Below, piece after piece: positions 43,208-49,200 of a stretch of 49,200 nucleotides of DNA. Each line of letters opens with the position of its first letter. The stretch's first letter is position 1. The notes under the pieces were generated by a model. The model was given only the letters and a program-made list of their open reading frames with translations. It had not been told where the DNA came from and ran no database searches. The stretch lies in NCBI GenBank assembly GCA_040388095.1, contig JAZKCM010000001.1:74620-123819 (forward strand), read 5' to 3'. The DNA comes from Patescibacteria group bacterium (lineage in GTDB: Bacteria > Patescibacteriota > Minisyncoccia > Phycocordibacterales > UBA9973). Both the position numbers and the translations under genes were made by a program.

Positions 43208-45148
43208 ATGAAAATAGTGACCGTCATCCCCCTTTCCAAAGGCATATTTAAAGAAGAACTCACTTATTTTACAGCGAAAGATATTTCAAAAGGATCAATC
43301 GTTAAAATCCCTCTCCGTAATAAAAGCATTCTAGGTGTCGTGATTTCGTCAGAGGATGCAAGTCATACAAAATCAGACATAAAAAAAATGTCTTTCAATT
43401 TACGAAAAATTTCTGAAGTAAAAGAAAATTCTATTTTTCTTCAGGAATTCCTCTCTGCTGGAATAGAAGTGAGCGATTATTTTGCATCTTCAAAAAGCAT
43501 AACTCTCATCTCACTTATCCCAGCAAGCTTCCGAGAAGAGTATGACAAGATATCAAAATTTGAAAAGAAAGATACACTTCGCTCACCAGAAGAAATAAAA
43601 AATATCAAACCAGAAAAATTACTCTTGCAAACAAATAGAGGCGACCGGTTGTCTTATTACAAGACTCTCATACGTTCTTCTTTTGCAGAAAAGAAATCTA
43701 TTTTTTTCATACTCCCTACTGAGCAGGACGTAGAAATTTTCTACAAAGAATTAAGTCATGGGGTAGAGAATTTTTCTTTCAAAGCTCACGGTGGAATGAG
43801 TGCGAAAAAACAGCTCGAGGCATTTAAAAATATAATGGAAACAGAGCATGCAGTACTTATCGTAGCGAGTCCGCAATTTTTATCGATACCGAGAAATGAC
43901 ATCAAGACAATTGTTTTAGAAAACGAAAGTAGATCGAGCTACAAGATGATGGCACGGCCTTTTTTAGACTTACGGATCTTCGCCGAGCTCTATGCGCAAA
44001 AAATAGAAGCGAAATTCATCCTTGCGGACACACTGCTCCGCTTTGAAACACTAGGCAGACGCGAGGAATTTATGGACATAGCTCCGCTTTCTTTTCGTCT
44101 CAATTTTGAAGGAGAAATAGAAATGAAAGACCCTCATCAAAAAATAGAAGGAGTTCAGACACCAAAATTTCAAATGCTTTCAGAAGAAAATATTGATGAA
44201 ATAAAAGAAACAATTTCAAGAGGAGAAAATGTTTTTATTTTTTCACTGAGAAAAGGATTGGCGACGATTACGATCTGCAAAGATTGCTCAACACCAGTAT
44301 CGTGCAATCATTGTTCTTCGCCTGTCGTCCTCTACCTTTCTCGTGATGGCAAAAAGAGGATGTTTGTCTGCAATAAATGCAAAATTCAGATGGATCCTGA
44401 AATGAAATGCTCATACTGCGACTCTTGGAATTTGACTCCCCTCGGTATCGGCACAGAAGGCATTGAAGAAGAAATAAAAAATAAATTCCCAAAAACAAAA
44501 ATATATAAAATAGACAAAGAATCGGCCAAATCCAATGCTGGTGCTCTAAAGATCATTAAAGATTTCGAAGATTCAAAAGGCGCGATACTTATCGGTACAG
44601 AAATGGCATTTCATTATATGAATGAAAAAGTTCCTCTTTCGATCATTGCTTCTTTTGATTCACTCTGGAGCATTCCCAATTTCAAAATGAGCGAAAAAAT
44701 ACTCCATATCATATTTGAAATCGCTCGGTTAACAATTAAAAAAATAATCATCCAAACAAAAAATGAAAAAGATGATGTGCTCAAAGCGGTCAAAAATGAA
44801 AGCCTCGTAAGCTTCGTACGGGAAGAATTGGCAGACAGAAAATCTCTAGATTACCCTCCATATAAAAGATTTATAAAAGTTTCCTATCTCGGAGACAAAG
44901 AAGAAATGCCTGTTGCAAAAAAAGAGCTTTCAGAAACTTTCAAAGAATATTCACCCGAGCTCTTTAGTGGTTTTGTCTCAAAGATAAAAAATAAATATAT
45001 CATACACGCGCTCATCAAACTTCCTCTAGAAAAATGGTCCTTGAAAGAAATATACAAAGATAAAATCCTAGATAAAAAACTCCTTGCTCGACTTTCAAAT
45101 CTTCCACCACAATTTGCAATAAACGTAGACCCAGAAGACTTGCTATAA
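43208..45148 (+). CDS. priA: Primosomal protein N' (PriA) homolog with degenerate helicase motifs
   Basis: 646 aa. PriA architecture and Cys-rich Zn module (CKDCSTPVSCNHCSS...CNKCK...CSYCDS) are present. Walker A, DEEH, SAT and motif VI are all non-canonical. Confidence 0.75.
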   Translation: MKIVTVIPLSKGIFKEELTYFTAKDISKGSIVKIPLRNKSILGVVISSEDASHTKSDIKKMSFNLRKISEVKENSIFLQEFLSAGIEVSDYFASSKSITLISLIPASFREEYDKISKFEKKDTLRSPEEIKNIKPEKLLLQTNRGDRLSYYKTLIRSSFAEKKSIFFILPTEQDVEIFYKELSHGVENFSFKAHGGMSAKKQLEAFKNIMETEHAVLIVASPQFLSIPRNDIKTIVLENESRSSYKMMARPFLDLRIFAELYAQKIEAKFILADTLLRFETLGRREEFMDIAPLSFRLNFEGEIEMKDPHQKIEGVQTPKFQMLSEENIDEIKETISRGENVFIFSLRKGLATITICKDCSTPVSCNHCSSPVVLYLSRDGKKRMFVCNKCKIQMDPEMKCSYCDSWNLTPLGIGTEGIEEEIKNKFPKTKIYKIDKESAKSNAGALKIIKDFEDSKGAILIGTEMAFHYMNEKVPLSIIASFDSLWSIPNFKMSEKILHIIFEIARLTIKKIIIQTKNEKDDVLKAVKNESLVSFVREELADRKSLDYPPYKRFIKVSYLGDKEEMPVAKKELSETFKEYSPELFSGFVSKIKNKYIIHALIKLPLEKWSLKEIYKDKILDKKLLARLSNLPPQFAINVDPEDLL

Positions 45149-45174
45149 ATAGAAATTATGTTAGACTGGTGTAT

Positions 45175-45402
45175 ATGCAAAAATCAATCATAGAAGTAAA
45201 GAAAAATACGAATGAAAACAATGCGAGCGTGCTTCGCAGATTTACTCGTAAAATTCAGGAATCAGGCATCATCTACAAAGTCAAAAACAACCGCTACAAT
45301 GAACGCGCAGAATCAAAAGTAAAAGTAAAAGCGGCTACACTCAAGAGAATCGCAAAAAGAAAAGCAAATGAAAAAATGCGAAAGTTGGGCAAGATGAAAT
45401 AA
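45175..45402 (+). CDS. rpsU: 30S ribosomal protein S21
   Basis: Short basic protein. VKKNTNENNASVLRRFTRKIQESGII...R..Y.....K resembles S21. Confidence 0.88.
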   Translation: MQKSIIEVKKNTNENNASVLRRFTRKIQESGIIYKVKNNRYNERAESKVKVKAATLKRIAKRKANEKMRKLGKMK

Positions 45403-45410
45403 TTTTATCT

Positions 45411-45791
45411 ATGGAAAATTTCGGAGTAACAAATCTCACAAAAGGCAAGCTACCAAGCTTGCCTTTTGCTATGATGAAAACAGCTATATTAGGAAAAGGA
45501 TACAGTTTGTCTCTTGTTTTTATTAATAAAAAGAAATCTTTAGAATTAAATAAAACATACAGACAAAAAGACAAACCAGCAAATGTACTCTCTTTTCCCT
45601 ATTCAAAAAAAGATGGAGAAATTTTCATCTGCATCGAAGTCGCAAAGACGCAAGCAAAGGAATATGACAAAACTTGGACAGAATTTGTCGGATTTTTAGT
45701 TATCCACGGAATGCTCCATTTGAAAGGAATGCAACATGGTAGTACAATGGAAGTACAAGAGAGGAAATTTTCAAAAAAGTTTAGCTGCTAA
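45411..45791 (+). CDS. ybeY: rRNA maturation endoribonuclease YbeY
   Basis: HGMLHLKGMQH zinc-binding motif, 126 aa. Confidence 0.9.
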   Translation: MENFGVTNLTKGKLPSLPFAMMKTAILGKGYSLSLVFINKKKSLELNKTYRQKDKPANVLSFPYSKKDGEIFICIEVAKTQAKEYDKTWTEFVGFLVIHGMLHLKGMQHGSTMEVQERKFSKKFSC

Positions 45792-45845
45792 ACACTCTTT
45801 TATTTTTATTACTAGCTTTAATTGTGCTCCTATTTTTTCTCATAC

Positions 45846-47012
45846 ATGATTAGGAATCTTTCTGTTGGCATAGATATCGGAACAGCAATGACGCGCGTCG
45901 TCGTCGCTGAGTTTTTCAAGGACGAAAAAATTCCTCGCGTCTTGGGCACTGGTTCAAGTGCCACCAAAGGTATCCGCCATGGCTATGTTTTTAAATTCGA
46001 TGACGTCGTCGAGAGTATTAAAACTGCGGTCTCTCAAGCAGAGAGCGTTTCAGGAACAAAAATAAAAAAAGCATTTATTTCTATCGGTGGTATTACACTC
46101 AGCTCAGAGACTGCATTGGGTACAGCGATCATTTCAAAAGCCGACAATGAAGTCACTTCTCTCGATGTTTCAAAAGCAATAAAAGAAAGTGAGGTAAATC
46201 TAACCCTAGGAAATAAAAAAATAATTCACGCATTCCCTATTTCCTATAGACTCGATGAAAAAGAAGTCTTAGGCAGACCAGAAGGTCTTCATGGCATCAA
46301 GCTCGAAGTAAAAATGCTTTTTGTGACAAGCCTCAATCAGCACATAGAAGACATTGTACTAGCGGTCACTGAAGCCGGCATTGAGCCTATAGACATCGTC
46401 GCTTCTCCTATTGCTGCAAGCCAGATCGCCATCAATGAACGGCAGAAAATAGTCGGCTGTGCATTGGTCAACATCGGTGCAGAGACTGTGTCTATTGTTG
46501 TATTTGAAAATGGTATGCCGATGTCCCTCCATGTCTTCTCTATCGGTTCATCGGATATTACCAATGACATAGCACTCGGGCTCAAGATCCCGCTTGAAGA
46601 AGCCGAAAGTTTAAAAATAAATTCTGATTACGGAACATATTCAAAGAAAAAATTAGATGAGATCATCGAAGCTCGCCTCACCGACATTTTTGAACTTATC
46701 GAAAATCATTTAAAAAGAATAAAAAGAAATGGATTGCTTCCGGCTGGAATTATTTTTACTGGTGGAGGATCGGCAATACCGATGCTTGAAAATTTATCAA
46801 AAGAAACACTCAACCTCCCTTCGAAAGTAGGTAATTCAGAAATCTTTGGAGCTACAAAAACAAAAGTGCGCGACTCTTCTTGGTTCGTCGCATTCGGCCT
46901 CTGTATGTCGAGCAAGAATCCACTTATGTATGGAAAGTCTGACAACATTCCAGCTTTTATGAAAGATATAAAAAATGGTGTACGCTCAATGTTCAAACAG
47001 CTTTTACCATAA
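45846..47012 (+). CDS. ftsA: Cell division protein FtsA
   Basis: Actin-fold motifs VGIDIGTAMTRVVV, VNIGAETVSIVVF, FTGGGSAIPML. ATG at 45846 is preferred over the upstream TTG. Confidence 0.9.
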   Translation: MIRNLSVGIDIGTAMTRVVVAEFFKDEKIPRVLGTGSSATKGIRHGYVFKFDDVVESIKTAVSQAESVSGTKIKKAFISIGGITLSSETALGTAIISKADNEVTSLDVSKAIKESEVNLTLGNKKIIHAFPISYRLDEKEVLGRPEGLHGIKLEVKMLFVTSLNQHIEDIVLAVTEAGIEPIDIVASPIAASQIAINERQKIVGCALVNIGAETVSIVVFENGMPMSLHVFSIGSSDITNDIALGLKIPLEEAESLKINSDYGTYSKKKLDEIIEARLTDIFELIENHLKRIKRNGLLPAGIIFTGGGSAIPMLENLSKETLNLPSKVGNSEIFGATKTKVRDSSWFVAFGLCMSSKNPLMYGKSDNIPAFMKDIKNGVRSMFKQLLP

Positions 47013-47050
47013 GACTATTTTAGCTATAAAAGTCAACAAAAAGTAAAATT

Positions 47051-47077
47051 TTGCTTTTTTTTAATTTCTGTTATGAT
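47051..47077 (+). promoter_or_regulatory. Possible ftsZ promoter (TTGCTT-15-TGt-TATGAT)
   Basis: Hexamers at 47051..47056 and 47072..47077. The spacer is short. Confidence 0.25.
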
Positions 47078-47117
47078 AGATGAATACTCATTTATTAGAA
47101 ATTAATCAGAAAAAACA

Positions 47118-48344
47118 ATGCCAAAAGTAAATCCAGACATAGAAAGTTTCGCTCGTATTAAAGTCATCGGAGTCGGTGGTTCCGGAAAGAATGCACTCAA
47201 TCATATGATAGCTTCAAAGGTCAAAGGTGTTGAATTTATTTCAATGAACACTGATGTCCAAGACCTTCACAATTCTCTCGCAGAAAAGAAAATTCACATT
47301 GGTAAAAATCTTACAAAAGGTCTCGGTGCAGGAATGAATCCTGAAATCGGAAAGAAAGCAGCAGAAGAAACAAAAGCAGAAATCCAAGACACAATCAAAG
47401 GTTCTGATATGATCTTCATTGCTTGCGGTATGGGCGGAGGTACAGGCACAGGCGCAGCACCGATCGTCGCTCGCGCAGCAAAAGAGCAAGACATCCTCAC
47501 TGTCGCTGTCGTCACAAAGCCATTCTTCTTCGAAGGATCTCATCGTATGAAAATAGCAGAGAAAGGCATCGAAGAGCTCGCAAAAGAAGTCGATGCTATT
47601 ATCGTCATCCCAAATGACAAACTTCTCCAGCTCGCTGATAAAAACACCAATTCAAAAGACGCTTTCGCTATGTGTAATGAAGTCCTCCGCCAAGCTGTAG
47701 AAGGCATTTCTGACCTCATCACGACTCCAGGAGTCATCAATGTAGACTTTGCAGATATCAAGGCTATTATGTCTGACGCAGGCTCTGCACTTATGGGCGT
47801 CGGTTCTTCATCTGGTGAAAACAGAGCAGAGAAAGCTGCAATGCTCGCAATCAATTCCCCGCTCCTTGAAGTTTCTATCAATGGTGCAAAAGGCGTGCTC
47901 TTCGCTATCTCAGGTGGAGACGACCTCACGATCCACGAAATACAAGAAGCTGCAAAAGTTATCACAGAATCAATCGACAAAGACGCGAAAGTTATTTTCG
48001 GTACAATTCACGATGAGAAATTAAAGAAAGGTGAACTCAAGGTTACCGTCATCGCAACTTCATTCCCTGCTGATATGCAAAGAAAAACTCTTTTCAGTAC
48101 TCAAGCACCAGCTCCAGCTCCCGTCCCGAATATAAAAGAAGAAAAATTCTTTACACCTAAAAAAGAAGTGAATCCTATAGCGCAAAGTACTATTGCCGAC
48201 ATCAATCAAAATGAATTCGTTAGAAAAATAGAAAAGAAAGCTGAAGTCACTCCGACGGAACAGCCTATTATCGAAGACATCATCATTGACGACAATGAAG
48301 ACTGGAGTGCTGTCCCTGCATTCTTTCGCAGAAACAAAAAATAA
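47118..48344 (+). CDS. ftsZ: Cell division protein FtsZ
   Basis: GVGGSGKNA, GGGTGTGAAPIVA, NVDFADIK. Pro/Ala linker and a C-terminal peptide DWSAVPAFFRR. Confidence 0.97.
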   Translation: MPKVNPDIESFARIKVIGVGGSGKNALNHMIASKVKGVEFISMNTDVQDLHNSLAEKKIHIGKNLTKGLGAGMNPEIGKKAAEETKAEIQDTIKGSDMIFIACGMGGGTGTGAAPIVARAAKEQDILTVAVVTKPFFFEGSHRMKIAEKGIEELAKEVDAIIVIPNDKLLQLADKNTNSKDAFAMCNEVLRQAVEGISDLITTPGVINVDFADIKAIMSDAGSALMGVGSSSGENRAEKAAMLAINSPLLEVSINGAKGVLFAISGGDDLTIHEIQEAAKVITESIDKDAKVIFGTIHDEKLKKGELKVTVIATSFPADMQRKTLFSTQAPAPAPVPNIKEEKFFTPKKEVNPIAQSTIADINQNEFVRKIEKKAEVTPTEQPIIEDIIIDDNEDWSAVPAFFRRNKK

Positions 48345-48346
48345 TA

Positions 48347-48352
48347 TATAAT
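48347..48352 (+). promoter_or_regulatory. -10 box TATAAT 7 nt upstream of the trxB-like ATG
   Basis: TATAAT-tgagtct-ATG. Confidence 0.35.
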
Positions 48353-48359
48353 TGAGTCT

Positions 48360-49200
48360 ATGCTCTACGACTTGATCATCTTAGGAGGAGGCCCTGCTGG
48401 CGTTTCAGCTGCAGTGTATGCTTCCCGCAAAAAATTAAAAACACTTTTTATAACTTCCGAATTCGGCGGTCAATCGAGCGTGTCTGAAAAAATCTACAAC
48501 TGGATCGGTTCTCCTGAAGTCGGTGGTATGGAGCTCGCAGAGAATTTCAAAAAGCATGTTACTTCTCAAGCAGGAGAAGATTTAGAAGTTAAAGAAGGTG
48601 AAAAAGCGACACTCGTATCCAAAAAGGAAAACAATTTTATTGTAAAAACAGAAAGTGGCACTGAGTTTGAAGGACGCACGATTCTCATCAGTACTGGAAG
48701 TGGACGCAGAAAGCTTGAAGCGAAAAATGCTGATACTCTCGAACACAAAGGCATTACTTACTGTGCTTCCTGTGATGGCCCTCTTTTCTCTGGTGCAGAT
48801 GTAGCCGTCATCGGTAGTGGCAATGCTGGTTTTGAATCAGCAGCCCAGCTCCTCGCCTATTGTAACTCTGTCACACTAGTGAATCGAAGTGAAAATTTTC
48901 GTGCAGATGAAGTGACTGTAGAAAAAGTACTTTCTCATCCAAAAATGAAAGTTATAAAAAATGCAGACATTCTCGAAATCAAAGGCGAGAAATTCGTTCA
49001 AGGTTTGATCTATAAAGACAAGACAACTGGTGAAACAAAAGAATTAGCTGTCACTGGTATTTTCGTAGAAATTGGCCAAATTCCAAATACTGACCTTGTA
49101 AAAGATCTCGTTGAAATGGACAATATCAACAGAGTCAAAATCGATCCGTGGACCAACCGTACATCAATACCAGGCATCTGGGCTGCTGGAGACTGTACAA
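48360..49200 (+). CDS. trxB: Thioredoxin-disulfide reductase-like FAD/NAD(P) oxidoreductase, N-terminal 280 codons (runs off the window)
   Basis: Hand translation MLYDLIILGGGPAGVSAAVYASRK...GGQ...; redox-active CASCDG and a second dinucleotide fold VIGSGNAGFESA. Confidence 0.78.
   Translation, partial: MLYDLIILGGGPAGVSAAVYASRKKLKTLFITSEFGGQSSVSEKIYNWIGSPEVGGMELAENFKKHVTSQAGEDLEVKEGEKATLVSKKENNFIVKTESGTEFEGRTILISTGSGRRKLEAKNADTLEHKGITYCASCDGPLFSGADVAVIGSGNAGFESAAQLLAYCNSVTLVNRSENFRADEVTVEKVLSHPKMKVIKNADILEIKGEKFVQGLIYKDKTTGETKELAVTGIFVEIGQIPNTDLVKDLVEMDNINRVKIDPWTNRTSIPGIWAAGDCT

Overview
This is a gene-dense, low-GC bacterial window with very short intergenic spacers. About 55 CDS and 2 tRNAs are supported, mostly housekeeping genes on the minus strand. 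The gene content suggests a reduced Patescibacteria/CPR-like genome: an RRM RNA-binding protein, a MYG1-family protein, a sigma-region-4/HARE-HTH fusion, a short Obg and a short ATP synthase delta subunit. That taxonomic call is inference only. Main blocks: (1) an F-type ATP synthase operon, atpZ-like, atpB, E, F, H, A, two inserted small membrane genes, then atpG, lying directly behind a tRNA-Ile; (2) translation and housekeeping genes (prfA, rpmE, rplY, gatB, obg, fba, lysS, greA, mnmA, typA, frr, rpsU, ybeY); (3) a truncated dcw cluster, mraZ-rsmH-ftsL-like-ftsI-murF, which runs straight into a very AT-rich exopolysaccharide module (HasA/NodC-like GT2 synthase, double-NodB deacetylase, secreted jelly-roll/Ig protein) next to a tRNA-Glu; (4) mreB divergent from a PriA-like gene, followed by ftsA-ftsZ and a partial trxB-like gene. 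No CRISPR array, transposase, integrase or rRNA was seen. The observations most worth a second look are: a recurring (TGn)TAnnnT -10 box fixed 6-8 nt upstream of ATG starts, which suggests leaderless mRNAs; a tRNA-Ile whose 3' end sits 1 nt from the first atp ORF; no TGA among 52 in-window stop codons; a PriA homolog with all helicase catalytic motifs degenerate; two AT-rich small membrane genes between atpA and atpG; a 110-nt branched RNA structure between rpmE and prfA; a GC-rich 21-mer repeated in frame inside unrelated genes; and the exopolysaccharide island. All functional calls come from reading the translated ORFs by eye and recalling motifs. No database search was run.
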